Source: a virus (lineage: Duplodnaviria > Caudoviricetes). From it: 55,341 bases of DNA. The position numbers were made by a program, and so were the translations under genes. Below are positions 10,317-21,100 of this stretch, one piece after another. Each line of letters opens with the position of its first letter. Within the stretch, counting starts at the first letter, position 1. The DNA lies in the IMG/VR virus record IMGVR_UViG_3300006990_000036, positions 1 to 55,341 of that record. One strand, 5' to 3'. Below the pieces are notes generated by a model. That model was not told where the DNA came from, did not search any database, and worked only from the letters and a program-made list of their open reading frames with translations.

Positions 10317-11340
10317 AAGCAAGGCGTACACGTTTGACGATGTGCTGATTGTTCCTAAGTATTCAGAAGTCCGCAGTCGCAAAGATGTTGACTTATCTGT
10401 TGATCTTGGAAAACATCGTTTACGGATGCCTTTGATTGCGGCTAACATGGATACCGTGTGTGGTCCTGACATGGCTAGCGCATTGGACCGGTTAGGAAGT
10501 TTCGGTGTCTTGCATAGAAATATTCCGCTGGTTGCTACAGGAGATGCCCTTCACAACACTAGGTTTGGTTCTGTTGCAGGACGTACTACCCGTTCAGCCG
10601 TTGCCTTTGGGGTAAACGATGACTTAGATACTGTGATTAGCGAGGCTACTCGTTGGCGAACGCAGATTCTTGTTTTAGACATCGCCCACGGTCATAGCAA
10701 ACACGCATTGGACGCATTGCAGTATGTGATGGCAGGTATTGATCATGAAGCCACCTTTATTGGTGGGAATGTTGCCACGCCTTCGGCTGTTGAAGACTTT
10801 GCCAAGATTGGTGCCGACGTAGTTAAAATCGGAATTGGGCCTGGTAGTGTGTGCTCCACACGGGTTGTTGCAGGAGTGGGGGTTCCCCAGCTAACGGCTA
10901 TTGCCGAGTGTGCTGAGGCAGCAGATTCGCTGGGTATCCAAACTATTGCAGACGGTGGGGTAAAGACGCCAGGAGACGCAGCTAAAGCGCTTGCAGCGGG
11001 CGCAGACGCCGTAATGATTGGCGGAATGTTTGCGGGAACAAATGAAGCGCCTGGAAAGACTGTTACTTTAGCTGACGGTACATTGGGGAAAGAGCATAGA
11101 GGTATGGCTTCGTCAGAAGCAGGCTCAGCCTTCCCTGAAGGGGTCTCAGGAGTCGTTGCATCGAAAGGCCCAGTGGAGGATGTAGTAGAGGCGATAAACC
11201 GGGGTATCCGGTCGGCGTGCAGCTATGTCGGAGCAGGTAACCTTCTGGAGTTACAGACAAACACTGAATTCGTAGAAATATCACCTGCGGGGTTGCGTGA
11301 ATCCGCTCCGCATGATATACTCAACGCTAACTTATGGTAA
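10303..11340 (+). CDS. IMP dehydrogenase/GMP reductase family enzyme, no CBS domains; probably GMP reductase
   Basis: TFDDVLIVP, AANMDTV, DIAHGHS, GIGPGSVCSTR (catalytic Cys), IADGG, RGMAS, PEGVSG. Confidence 0.85.
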   Translation: MMKIRSKAYTFDDVLIVPKYSEVRSRKDVDLSVDLGKHRLRMPLIAANMDTVCGPDMASALDRLGSFGVLHRNIPLVATGDALHNTRFGSVAGRTTRSAVAFGVNDDLDTVISEATRWRTQILVLDIAHGHSKHALDALQYVMAGIDHEATFIGGNVATPSAVEDFAKIGADVVKIGIGPGSVCSTRVVAGVGVPQLTAIAECAEAADSLGIQTIADGGVKTPGDAAKALAAGADAVMIGGMFAGTNEAPGKTVTLADGTLGKEHRGMASSEAGSAFPEGVSGVVASKGPVEDVVEAINRGIRSACSYVGAGNLLELQTNTEFVEISPAGLRESAPHDILNANLW

Positions 11341-13271
11341 ATGAAGAATCTCTTACACTTTTTGACGACTGGCTCCACTCCCAAAGCACTCAAGGCGAGG
11401 GAACATTAGGGGCGGTTACCCTTGTACGCTCAGACGAGCAGTTTGCGGATTTCCGTGACTGGTTGCTTAGCAAGAACCGGCCCATTGCATATGATATTGA
11501 AGCCACGGGCCTAGATACCTATTCTCCAGAATGGGAGATAAAGAGCATCCAGTGGGGAGACATCAGCGAAGCGTTTGTCTTTATCTGGAAAGAGCCGTGG
11601 TTCCAGAAGTCGATTGATCTTGTGATGAATGAAACAGATTGTCGGCTGCTTGCACACAACGCTGCTTACGACGCTATCGGTCTTGATCGTCACGGGCATG
11701 TTGACGCCATTAAGATTCTAGCTAGGACTTTTGATACAAAGATTCTTGCACACCTTGCTGATCCACGAAGCCGTGTTGAGGGCGGTGTCGGGCATGGCCT
11801 TAAGAATCTTTCCTTTCACCACGTAGATAAGTCGGCCCCTGATTCTGATAGTGCTTTGAAGGACTTGTTCAAGCAAAACAAGTGGTCTGTGAAACAGGGT
11901 TGGAAGAACATTCCTGCGGCACACCCAACTTTGGTCCACTATGCGGGAACTGACGTTATCTTGACTGCCAGGTTGTTTCCTAAACTGCGTGATGAAATTA
12001 AGCGGCAGACGATGGATCATCTTGTCAATTACGAGCATACGATCCTTAAGCTTGTTGTGGCGATGGAACGCAGAGGTATGCGTATTGATGTTGAGTATGC
12101 TGAGAAGTTGATTGAGGGCATGACGGCACAGGAGCAACACAATATAGGCATTGTAAGATCGTTTGGTGTTGAGAACCACAATGCTACTAAAGATGTTGCT
12201 GAGGGGCTACAGAGGCTCGGAATTAATTTGGTTGAGACTACGGCATCGGGGGCTTTAAAAGTAGACAAAACTATCTTGAATGCCATTGGCGACGATGAAA
12301 AGTCTGGCAACGCAGGTATGCTCGCTAGAGCGGTAATTGCTGCCAAAAACAATGCTAAGTGGCGAGATAGTTATGTCATCTCTTCGCTAGAGTCAATGGA
12401 CTCTAATGGGAGGGTGCATCCAAAGATTAATAGCCTTCAGGCCCGGACTGGGCGTATGTCGGTAAATAATCCTCCGCTACAGCAGTTACCTTCGGGGGGC
12501 GATGCTATACGTCGGATGTTCTTAGCTGAAGAAGGATGCCAGATGGCGTCTATTGACTTTTCGGGCGTGGAACTTAGAGTGTTAGCCGCACTTTCTCAGG
12601 ACCCTGTTATGCTTAAGGTTTTCCGTGATGGCGGCGACCTGCACCAAACTACGGCTGACAATACTGGTGTGACTCGCAAAGTAGCCAAGACGGTGAACTT
12701 TGGTAAGGTGTACGGCGCTGGCCCTAAAACGTTGGCACGGCAATCAGGGTTGTCTGTGGACGAGGCCCAGACAGTGTGCGACCTGTTTGATGCGACCTAT
12801 AAGGGCGTGACAGAGTTTTCACACAAACTAGCGTACCCGGTAAAGAAGGGGCACAGAAACTATGTGATCACTCACACAGGCCGTAAACTGCCCGTCGATG
12901 CTGAGCGACCTTATGCTGCGCTTAACTATTGCATTCAGTCTACGGCACGTGATATACTTGGCAAGGCTATGATTGATGTAGCCGAGCAAGGTCTCTGGGA
13001 CTACGCTGTGTTACCGATTCACGATGAGATTCTTTTCAGCTTTCCCGAAGATCAGGCTGTTGAGTTGTGCCGCCACGCCGGGGTAGCGATGGAGACAGTA
13101 CTAAAAGAAGTCCACATCTCTACTGAACCTGACTTGGGTGGCGAGTCTTGGGGAACGCTATATACTGAAGGCGAACATGAGGTCATTGAGTTGACAGACG
13201 ATGATCGCCGGAAGTACGGAGACGACAAACTAAAGCGGCTGCTTTTTAGTGAGCAGAACTTCCGTTTTTGA
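11334..13271 (+). CDS. polA: Family A DNA polymerase with 3'-5' exonuclease domain
   Basis: Exo motifs YDIEATG, HNAAYD, YAGTD; TGRMS..PPLQQ; motif A DFSGVELR, motif B RKVAKTVNFGKVYG, motif C IHDEI. Confidence 0.95.
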   Translation: MVNEESLTLFDDWLHSQSTQGEGTLGAVTLVRSDEQFADFRDWLLSKNRPIAYDIEATGLDTYSPEWEIKSIQWGDISEAFVFIWKEPWFQKSIDLVMNETDCRLLAHNAAYDAIGLDRHGHVDAIKILARTFDTKILAHLADPRSRVEGGVGHGLKNLSFHHVDKSAPDSDSALKDLFKQNKWSVKQGWKNIPAAHPTLVHYAGTDVILTARLFPKLRDEIKRQTMDHLVNYEHTILKLVVAMERRGMRIDVEYAEKLIEGMTAQEQHNIGIVRSFGVENHNATKDVAEGLQRLGINLVETTASGALKVDKTILNAIGDDEKSGNAGMLARAVIAAKNNAKWRDSYVISSLESMDSNGRVHPKINSLQARTGRMSVNNPPLQQLPSGGDAIRRMFLAEEGCQMASIDFSGVELRVLAALSQDPVMLKVFRDGGDLHQTTADNTGVTRKVAKTVNFGKVYGAGPKTLARQSGLSVDEAQTVCDLFDATYKGVTEFSHKLAYPVKKGHRNYVITHTGRKLPVDAERPYAALNYCIQSTARDILGKAMIDVAEQGLWDYAVLPIHDEILFSFPEDQAVELCRHAGVAMETVLKEVHISTEPDLGGESWGTLYTEGEHEVIELTDDDRRKYGDDKLKRLLFSEQNFRF

Positions 13272-13292
13272 CGATTAGTTAGGAGCAAAACT

Positions 13293-13508
13293 ATGATACT
13301 ACATACAAAACTATTAAATTACTTACAAGACTTGTTAGTCGGTGAGGCCAACCGGCCCGCCGAGGTCACATATTTAGATGTTGTGCCGTTGAATCGACGC
13401 TCAAGTCAGGCAGATACAGTATATACGGCATCTGATAGCACTGATAAACAAAGGCTGGCGGCGATGCGTAGACATCCTTCAGCACAAACTGGAAAGCGAG
13501 ACAAGTGA
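13293..13508 (+). CDS. Hypothetical protein
   Basis: 71 aa, SD AGGAG upstream, stop overlaps the sigma factor start. Confidence 0.45.
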   Translation: MILHTKLLNYLQDLLVGEANRPAEVTYLDVVPLNRRSSQADTVYTASDSTDKQRLAAMRRHPSAQTGKRDK

Positions 13509-14434
13509 TGGCAGGTTACACACGGAGTTCTAAGCACAGAATTCTTTCACGAGAAGAAGAAGTTGTTCTGGGGCGGGCGGTGTCTGCGGGCATCCAGGCG
13601 TCAAAAGAACTTAATACAGCACATATTGAGGGTGTTGTTTTAGACTTTGCTGATCGCCGCAAGTTGACTGTTGCCGTAAGGGAAGGAAAACGAGCAAAGG
13701 ACACGTTCGTAGAACATAACTTGCGGCTTGCTATGGATACGGCAGCAAGGTACGCACGCTCACAATCCCGAATGGAATACGAAGATTTGATTCAGGAAGC
13801 CACGATTGGGCTTATGAGGGCTGTAGACAAGTTTGATCCTGAGCGTGGGTTTAAGTTCTCCACGTATGCGACGTGGTGGTGTCGTCAAGCGTGTCAACGG
13901 GCTATTGCTAACTATGGTAGGGCTATACGCCTTCCGATGCATGTGGAAGCCGATGTCCGTAAGCTTGCTGCGGTGGTTGAAGAGTTTGAGCTAATCACCG
14001 AAGATTTTTCTCGGGAGTTTTTGGCAGGCTACTTAGACTGGGACATTGATAAACTAGAGGAAATTTGGTCCTATATGGAGAATACTCGTCTAGATTCATT
14101 GGATACCCCGCTAGGTGACGAGTTCTCAGTGTCTCATGCCGCCCATCTTGTTGACCCTGATCAATCTGCTGTTGAGGATGTCGGCATTGAGAACAGTTTT
14201 GCCTCTGACATCTTAAAGGCGCTGTCTGTGCTTCCTGAGCGGGAGTATAACGTTTTGTTGATGCATCACGGTTTAGGTGGGCAGGAGTCCGCAATGACCT
14301 TGCAGGAGATTGGTGAAACGATGGGGCTGACTCGTGAGCGGGTTCGGCAGTTAGAGGCGAAGGCGATTGCCCGTCTCCGGCATCCTTCTTCTGGGGTGGC
14401 TTGGGCGTTTACGGATGCTCCTGAAGAAGTGTGA
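13505..14434 (+). CDS. RNA polymerase sigma-70 family factor (RpoD/RpoS-like regions 1.2, 2, 3, 4)
   Basis: LSREEEV; HNLRL..DLIQEATIGLMRAVDKFDPERGFKFSTYATWW; TLQEIG..MGLTRERVRQLEAKA. Confidence 0.93.
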   Translation: MMAGYTRSSKHRILSREEEVVLGRAVSAGIQASKELNTAHIEGVVLDFADRRKLTVAVREGKRAKDTFVEHNLRLAMDTAARYARSQSRMEYEDLIQEATIGLMRAVDKFDPERGFKFSTYATWWCRQACQRAIANYGRAIRLPMHVEADVRKLAAVVEEFELITEDFSREFLAGYLDWDIDKLEEIWSYMENTRLDSLDTPLGDEFSVSHAAHLVDPDQSAVEDVGIENSFASDILKALSVLPEREYNVLLMHHGLGGQESAMTLQEIGETMGLTRERVRQLEAKAIARLRHPSSGVAWAFTDAPEEV

Positions 14435-14475
14435 CTTGCGACTCCGTAAGTAGTGTGTTATACTTACGGTTTCAA

Positions 14476-14565
14476 GCCCCCGTGGCGAAGCTGGCTGAAA
14501 CGCAGCAGACTTAAAATCTGCCACCCAAGAGGTAAACATCGTGGGTTCGATCCCCACCGGGGGTA
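14476..14565 (+). tRNA. tRNA-Leu(UAA)
   Basis: Acceptor GCCCCCG/CGGGGGT; anticodon arm GCAGA-CTTAAAA-TCTGC; long variable region; T arm GTGGG-TTCGATC-CCCAC; no encoded CCA. Confidence 0.92.
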
Positions 14566-14580
14566 CTAGAAAGGAGCAAG

Positions 14581-15120
14581 ATGAATATTTTTGTTGTTGA
14601 GACTGACCCGACTGAGGCTGCTCGTTCTTTGTGCGATAAGCACGTCCCAAAGATGACTGTAGAGTCTGTACAAATGTTGGTTTCCGGCTTACGTCGGCAC
14701 GGAGCAACCGACAGTGACGTTCCACTTACTGCCAAAGGCACTCCTCATAAGGGAGGGTATTCTAATCATCCTAGCACGCAGTGGGCAGGCAATTCGTCCG
14801 CTAACTTTGAGTGGCTGTTTGATCATGCTCTGGCCCTCTGTGAAGAGTACACGTTTCGTTTCAACAAAGAACATGCTTGCTTTAAGCAGTTAGATAAAAT
14901 TATGGATTCAGCCGACTTTGTTCCGGCTGGGCACTTAACTGACGTGGCTTTGTGTGTGGGCGAAGATTTTCATGATCGGCTAGGTTTCAAGCATTCTTCT
15001 ATTGAAGAAGCCGTTGACATCTACCGAGAATTCTATAGACTAGATAAGTCTGCTTTCGCCAAGTGGGAGAAGGGGCGACCTGAACCTTCTTGGTGGGAAG
15101 CAGTTGACATCAATGAATAA
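14581..15120 (+). CDS. Pyrimidine-dimer DNA glycosylase (DenV-like) family protein
   Basis: MNIF..DP..AA..LCDKHV.KM..ES.QML, NHPST.W, LC.EY..RF.K.H and YR.FY..DK pattern. Confidence 0.75.
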   Translation: MNIFVVETDPTEAARSLCDKHVPKMTVESVQMLVSGLRRHGATDSDVPLTAKGTPHKGGYSNHPSTQWAGNSSANFEWLFDHALALCEEYTFRFNKEHACFKQLDKIMDSADFVPAGHLTDVALCVGEDFHDRLGFKHSSIEEAVDIYREFYRLDKSAFAKWEKGRPEPSWWEAVDINE

Positions 15121-15138
15121 GAAAGGTACAATACTGAC

Positions 15139-15285
15139 ATGAGTGAAATCAATGTAAATCCACAAGACATTATTAATGACCTGCTTCGACAGATCACAGA
15201 CCTTACAGGACAGAATGCTGTTCTCCGTGCGGCTCTTAATCAGGCACAAGCTGAAAGCGCTCCTGCCGCTGACGATAGCGAGTAA
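15139..15285 (+). CDS. Small coiled-coil protein (48 aa, not in the ORF track)
   Basis: MSEINVNPQDIINDLLRQITDLTGQNAVLRAALNQ..., behind TTGACA-17-TACAAT-6-ATG. Confidence 0.6.
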   Translation: MSEINVNPQDIINDLLRQITDLTGQNAVLRAALNQAQAESAPAADDSE

Positions 15286-15316
15286 CACGATACAATATTG
15301 TGTAGGAGGCTAATTT

Positions 15317-15661
15317 ATGAGCGCTGGCGCATACGATATAACTTGTGAACAGGGTGCGACGTTTAATCGCACCTTGACTGTGAAAGATAGTGGTGGGACG
15401 GCCCGTGATTTAAGTACGTACACTGCTAGAATGCATGTACGGCGAACCACTGACTCTGCGTCTACTCTTCTAGAGCTTACCACAGAGAACGGTAGACTTT
15501 CGCTTAACTCGTCGGGGGAAATCAACATCTCTATCTCTGCAACGGACACTGCCTTATTGACTGATGGGGGAGTGTACGACTTGGAGATAGTAGACGCTTC
15601 TTCTAACGTGGAGCGTGTTGTTGAAGGATTTTTTGTTTTGGACTTAGAGGTAACTAGATAA
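15317..15661 (+). CDS. Virion structural protein (paralog of 24481..24822)
   Basis: YDITCEQGATF..ARMHVR..LELTTENG..GVYDLEI..R.VEG.F pattern; SD AGGAGG. Confidence 0.65.
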   Translation: MSAGAYDITCEQGATFNRTLTVKDSGGTARDLSTYTARMHVRRTTDSASTLLELTTENGRLSLNSSGEINISISATDTALLTDGGVYDLEIVDASSNVERVVEGFFVLDLEVTR

Positions 15662-15879
15662 TGTTTCAGTATGATGACGGTCTGCTGACCGAAATGATTT
15701 GGGCCAAGTATGTTGAGGCGCTAGAGGCTAATGTCCGGTTACAGGCACAATTAAAAGTTGCGGAAGTAACAGTCGTTCGCCTTCAGGAAATTCTTGATCT
15801 GCAAGAAGATGCAAATGAGGACAACAACTATCTGATTCCGCAGACTCCCGATTTGGGCGTTGTCCCGGACGATGAGTAA
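15661..15879 (+). CDS. Hypothetical coiled-coil protein
   Basis: 72 aa; start overlaps the previous stop. Confidence 0.55.
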   Translation: MFQYDDGLLTEMIWAKYVEALEANVRLQAQLKVAEVTVVRLQEILDLQEDANEDNNYLIPQTPDLGVVPDDE

Positions 15880-16204
15880 AGAGTTAAAATGGAATGTTGA
15901 CGGCCACCGGTTTCTGTTGAACATCAACAAGACTGAATTAGTTGTTGCTCCTGGTATTTGTCCTCATGGAAACGCTGTGGACAGTCCATGCTACCATGCA
16001 GGGATTGAGTCATGTGCCGTTAATTACTTTATTAACGTGTACGGGCTTGAAACAAACAGTGGTGTAGTGGGAGCGAGCGAAAGTGTTGAGGTGGCATGGG
16101 CGTTATCAGGAAGCCCGTGGGACATTGATCTTGTAGAATTTTCTATGATACCTGTGTCTGATCCACATTTTTCTGATTGGTTAGCAGAGCAGACTTCGGA
16201 GTAG
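15872..16204 (+). CDS. Hypothetical protein
   Basis: 110 aa from ATG 15872, coupled to the previous gene. Confidence 0.55.
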   Translation: MSKELKWNVDGHRFLLNINKTELVVAPGICPHGNAVDSPCYHAGIESCAVNYFINVYGLETNSGVVGASESVEVAWALSGSPWDIDLVEFSMIPVSDPHFSDWLAEQTSE

Positions 16205-16260
16205 TAGTGCAATGCCTCATATTTTCGGTAGAATTAATATGAAGGCTTTGGAGGGCTGTC

Positions 16261-16566
16261 ATGGCAGAATACGTTTTATCTTACCCATTTAGTATAGACA
16301 CATCGAACGGTCGTGCTGCTGTGGTGTATTCGTCAACGGATGTTTACAAGGCCCAACAGATTAAGTCGTTTATGAGGACAGACACTGGTGAACGTCGGAT
16401 GTTTCCGACTTTCGGGATCACTGATCCCACGTTTGATGACTTTAACTCTGGCACGTTTTATGACTCCTTCTCTAATTTTTATGATAGTGGTGATATCAAG
16501 TTAGAAGAGATTGAGGTTGTAGAAGAAGGCGGAGCCGTGGTTGATGTGATCGTGGACTTTTCGTAA
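16261..16566 (+). CDS. Baseplate wedge subunit, gp25/gpW-like
   Basis: LSYPF..MRTDTGERRMFPTFGITDP.F; directly precedes baseplate J. Confidence 0.8.
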   Translation: MAEYVLSYPFSIDTSNGRAAVVYSSTDVYKAQQIKSFMRTDTGERRMFPTFGITDPTFDDFNSGTFYDSFSNFYDSGDIKLEEIEVVEEGGAVVDVIVDFS

Positions 16567-16583
16567 GGGGAAATGAGGATTAC

Positions 16584-18176
16584 ATGGCATCTCCAGATAC
16601 ACGCCAATACGTTGATTTAACAATCTTCAATGAGGACCCTACTGTGGTTCTTAACGAAATGTTAACGGCTGGTCGAACACTACTACCTGATTGGACTCCT
16701 GCTGTTGGGCAGATTGAAACAGTCTTAGCGGAAGCTATTGCTTTTAGAAGTGCTGAACTTGCAGCGGGCATCAACCGGCTCCCTGATTCTACCACGGAAG
16801 TTTTGCTTCAGTTGTTTGGGTTGGTTAGAGATGATGGGGTTGCGGCGACGGCTACTGTTGATATTGAGTTCAATGCTGCTGGGTCGCTTCCTGCTGGAAC
16901 AGAAATTTTGTATGTTGATTCCGTGAATGAGCAGTCGTATAACTTTGCGTTAGATGAAGAAGTCTCCCGTTCTAGTGCTGGCACAGCCACCAGTGTTGCT
17001 GTGACTGCTATTACGGTTGGTTCACAGTATAACATTGCTGTTAATACCTTTAACGCTGTTGCAGTTTCACCGAGTACCGCAATTGAGACCATCGTCTTTT
17101 CCTCTGACTCGTCGGGGGGTACAAATGCCGAGACGGATGAACAATATTTTGACCGGGCAGTAACACTTCTCGCCAGTTATACCACAGCGACCACTACGAG
17201 TTCTCAAATCAAGTTTTTTGTTGGTGCAAACAAAACTTATGCCAATCGGGTAGAAGTATATAACCAGCGCCGGTATAGAGATCGTGACACCATGAACGAT
17301 GAGTTTGCTTTACACGATGGTGCTGTTTTGGTTGCTGTTGCGTCTGCCGTCAGTACGCCAGCTAACGCCGCTTCCGAATTGCCTGTGTCCTCAGCAAACC
17401 TTTCCGATCTGCACAGTTCTTTGGTAGATCGTGTTCCGTCTGGCTTGACGGTTGATGTTATGACTGCCGAGTTGGTAGATATTGATGTCACTGTTGATGT
17501 TAAAGCACAGACAGGTGTCAATACATCGACGTTACGGGTTGCGCTTGAGGATGCGATTAAGGCTTATCTTGATCCGAACACCTGGCTTTTTGACACTCAA
17601 CGTGTCAGGTATAACGACATGGTTGCATTACTTGAAAGCGTTGCTGGTGTTGACTTCGTTCAAGATTTAAAGTTGAATGCTTCATCACTGCTTCCGTCTG
17701 GGGGGTCAAACGTTGGGCACATTACGACTAGCGGGGGTTCTAAGGCAACCGTTAACTTAGATATTGCTGGCGCTAATAACGGAACTTATCCTGCCGGTGA
17801 AGCCGCATTCTATTATGTGGAGTCCACGACTGACCCCGATAATCCTACTGTGTACACGTTTGTAAACACTGGCTCTGTTGTGGTAAGCGGTGGGGCGGCG
17901 ACTGCTGCCCCGTATCAGGCAGTATCAAATGGTTTAAACTTTAACGACACGGGAAATAGCGGTTTAATCCCTACCACCTCGGGTGCGCTTACTGGTTCTG
18001 CTGGAGACTCTGGTGGAACAGCCACTATCAATGGGGCCTCCACGGGCGGCAGTGACGACTCTAACCAATTTACCGTGCTGAATGGTACAGGGGCTGGCGT
18101 GGCGTCCGATATTGTGTTACGTAATCTCGGAACAATTGTTACGTCCGGTGACATCACTATCACATTCCTATCATAA
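16584..18176 (+). CDS. Baseplate J-like wedge protein
   Basis: LPDWTP..G..E..L.E, GG.NAETDEQYFDR, AIKAYLDP..W, V.GVDFV. Confidence 0.85.
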   Translation: MASPDTRQYVDLTIFNEDPTVVLNEMLTAGRTLLPDWTPAVGQIETVLAEAIAFRSAELAAGINRLPDSTTEVLLQLFGLVRDDGVAATATVDIEFNAAGSLPAGTEILYVDSVNEQSYNFALDEEVSRSSAGTATSVAVTAITVGSQYNIAVNTFNAVAVSPSTAIETIVFSSDSSGGTNAETDEQYFDRAVTLLASYTTATTTSSQIKFFVGANKTYANRVEVYNQRRYRDRDTMNDEFALHDGAVLVAVASAVSTPANAASELPVSSANLSDLHSSLVDRVPSGLTVDVMTAELVDIDVTVDVKAQTGVNTSTLRVALEDAIKAYLDPNTWLFDTQRVRYNDMVALLESVAGVDFVQDLKLNASSLLPSGGSNVGHITTSGGSKATVNLDIAGANNGTYPAGEAAFYYVESTTDPDNPTVYTFVNTGSVVVSGGAATAAPYQAVSNGLNFNDTGNSGLIPTTSGALTGSAGDSGGTATINGASTGGSDDSNQFTVLNGTGAGVASDIVLRNLGTIVTSGDITITFLS

Positions 18177-18187
18177 GGGGGACGGCT

Positions 18188-21100
18188 ATGGCGCATAGAC
18201 ACCTCAACCTCTTCGACGGTAATCAGTCTAATTTCACTAATAGAGACCGTTCCAACCTTGGCGGCTGGACAGTTGCTTCCAGTGATACTAGTGCGAATCG
18301 TCTAGATAACCGTGGATTTTATGCGGGGTACAACCCTAATGCCCTAGCAGATTTTATGAAGAACTCTTTAGGGGTGTTCACTACAGGTACTGCGACGGAG
18401 ATGGAAGTTCATTCTCCTTGGATGGCTGCGGAGCCAAGCACGTTGTACATGTTTAGCCTTATGGTGTTCGCACAAGTTGGTGGGTTTAATGTTGTTCTGG
18501 AGGCAGAAGGTAACAGTGTTGCTTCAGATTCTGGCGCTACTACGATAAATAGTTCTAGCGCTGTAGAGTTTTCAGAAAATACTGGGGGTAGGGCTACGCT
18601 AAATGTTTCTAATGGGGCGGGCAGCGGTGACACTTCATATCAGTTCATTAAAGTAATTGTTAAAGCAACTAATTCGGCTGGGGGAAGTCTTCCTGCTTCT
18701 CGCTTTATTTGGCTTTACGATCCAGTAATCGGAGAGTACGGCTTAGAAAAAGCAGGAGTTGTGACTCGATTTGTGTACGACGACTTCCCGGCGTTTATGA
18801 AGTTAGACGACACAAACATTAACGATCTTGTCAAAAATAGTCAGCCTCAGTTACCGTTGTTCAGATTCACTGAGACAATGTGTTTTGTGTTAGACCACGT
18901 TGACGATGAAGCTGCTGATTATGTGTACGTTCGTGCAACTGAGGGTACTGAAAGTAAATCGAAGTTAGTTGATCCTGCGACTGCACCAGCTTCGGCACTT
19001 CCTTGGCTAGCTTCGGTGACCGGTACCACGCTGCTTACGTCCTCTTCGGGTTTCACGCCTTGGTTGGGTTTAGAAGAGTATGATGGCCCAGACTCCGGCA
19101 CTACTCCGGGCCAGTGGGATGACTGGGAGGCGCTGCCCGACTGGTCACAACTACAGGCGCTCAATCCCGACTTTTTTGATACTGTACAAGGCTACCGAGA
19201 TCAGATTGCTACAGGAGTTTCAGGCATTAATGGTGGGCGACCTGATGCCTTAGTTGCTTACACAAGAACGCTTTTAGACGCTGCTGCCCCTGATGCAGAA
19301 ATTGTTGTATTTGTTCACAGCGATTTTGAGAATTCTTTCAAGGGTAAAATGTTAGTTGATCCTTCTGTGGACCCTGATCCGACCGGATCGCTTATTGTCG
19401 ATGCGTTGAATGCTAGCGGTTCAGCGGGCAGTCAAATCCGTAAAGTTTCAGCGGTGTATGACTCGGGGGTAGGCTCGTTTGATATGTCAAAGGTTTTGTA
19501 TCCGGCTACGTACTCTAATGCGGCTGCTAAGGGTTTGGCAGAAATGGATACGTCATTTATTGATGACAAAGACGGGTTTGCCCGTCATCTTTTGATGAAC
19601 GACGACGAGTCAGCGAGTGTGCCCGAAGTTGCTGGTGGTATTGGTTCTGCTCACTTTTCTACTGGTACTCAGTACTTTTATGGGCAACAGGATGGGTCGC
19701 CGTTTGATTCAGGCTCTGTCGTAACTGATGCGTCGGTGAGCTTAGACCTTGGTGGTTTAAGTACCGGGCTTGATGTGGTTGTTGAACTTTCAGATGTAAC
19801 TTTCCCTGAAGCGGCTGTAGACACGGCAGGGGATGGTGGCAACACTCCCGCCGACTGGCTGTTCAGAGAAAAGCGTTTAATTATTTGCGGTGCCGACACT
19901 GACACTGGTACCCCTGGTAACGATTGGGCGCTTTATATGGTGTCAGGTTTGACTTCTGGCTCAGACTCTGATGTGCGTCTTTTGTTTATTGACGGCTATC
20001 GCACCCAGAACGCAAATAATTATGCGTATTCAAGCCCTCTTGATAAGTCGTCGCTTGCCAAACAGGGAACATTTTATGTTAGAGTTTCGGTGACTTCTGG
20101 GGGCGCAGTGTCGTTCTTTGCTCAGCCCGATGACCACGACGACTGGGGTTCAAATACTTTGGGAACCTCTACTATTACTGGTGCCTCTGTATCTGCTGGG
20201 GCCACTGCAACTGTTCAGTTGTTGGGGCACACTGATGTATCATCTTCTGTGTGGTCGTATGCTCCGGCGTTATCTTGTGGAGTTAAACACGCTAAAGTCT
20301 TTGCTGCACCGATATCATTTGCGAATGATGGTGTTACGTCGTCGTCAAACATTGCCTATATTGACGGTCGTGGGACAACTTCTCACGCAATGTTTGGGTA
20401 CAACAATCCTTTGTTGGATATGGATTTTAGAGAACTGTCTGTATATGATTCGACCTTTGATTGTACACTCACTGTTGATGGTGCTTCCTCTAACTTGAAT
20501 ACGACTGTAAACTCGTCCCCGCTGGCCGATAACGACTATCGTGTCATGGCAATCAAAAGCAATCTTGACGGCAACGGCAATCCAACTCTTTGGTACTTTG
20601 GTGCTGCCCCTTCTGCGGGCGACACACTAGCCGCTGCGCTAACTGCGTCTACGTCATACGATGTTAAATCTTATGCAGTTGATGCAGCTACTGGTGCTGA
20701 AACGAGCACTGCCCACACAATCGCTGCGGACGGATCGGGCGACCTCACATTGGATACCACGATTCAGTCAGGTTACTACAGTGGTAAAACATTATCAAAG
20801 ATTGAAGTCTGGGATTCAACAGACGGATCAGCCTCAGGAACTAGGGTAGCCTACTACCTCCCTACGACGATTAGCGGATCAGCGACAAGCGGAATTGACG
20901 ACGACTCAATCACTTGGACACTGACAAGAAACTTCCCAGCATCTGCGGTGGCTTACGTTCCAGCGCAGTCATTAACCAAAGACGCTATTCACATGTATGA
21001 GGGTAGCCCATACCTTAACAATACTCCGACCGTAGAGGTGTACGATAAGTTCTCGGTCGCTTTGCAGGTTCGTAGGTTCTGGAATGATACCGGTGTAACT

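Noticed and set aside
10303-13271. Modified-base pathway (dZ or deazaguanine) around polA
   Set aside because: No purZ, folE, queC/D/E or dpdA-like gene recognised here; cannot be excluded elsewhere in the genome
14351-14741. Minus-strand ORFs over the tRNA-Leu gene (likewise 48569..48909)
   Set aside because: Antisense translations of tRNA genes
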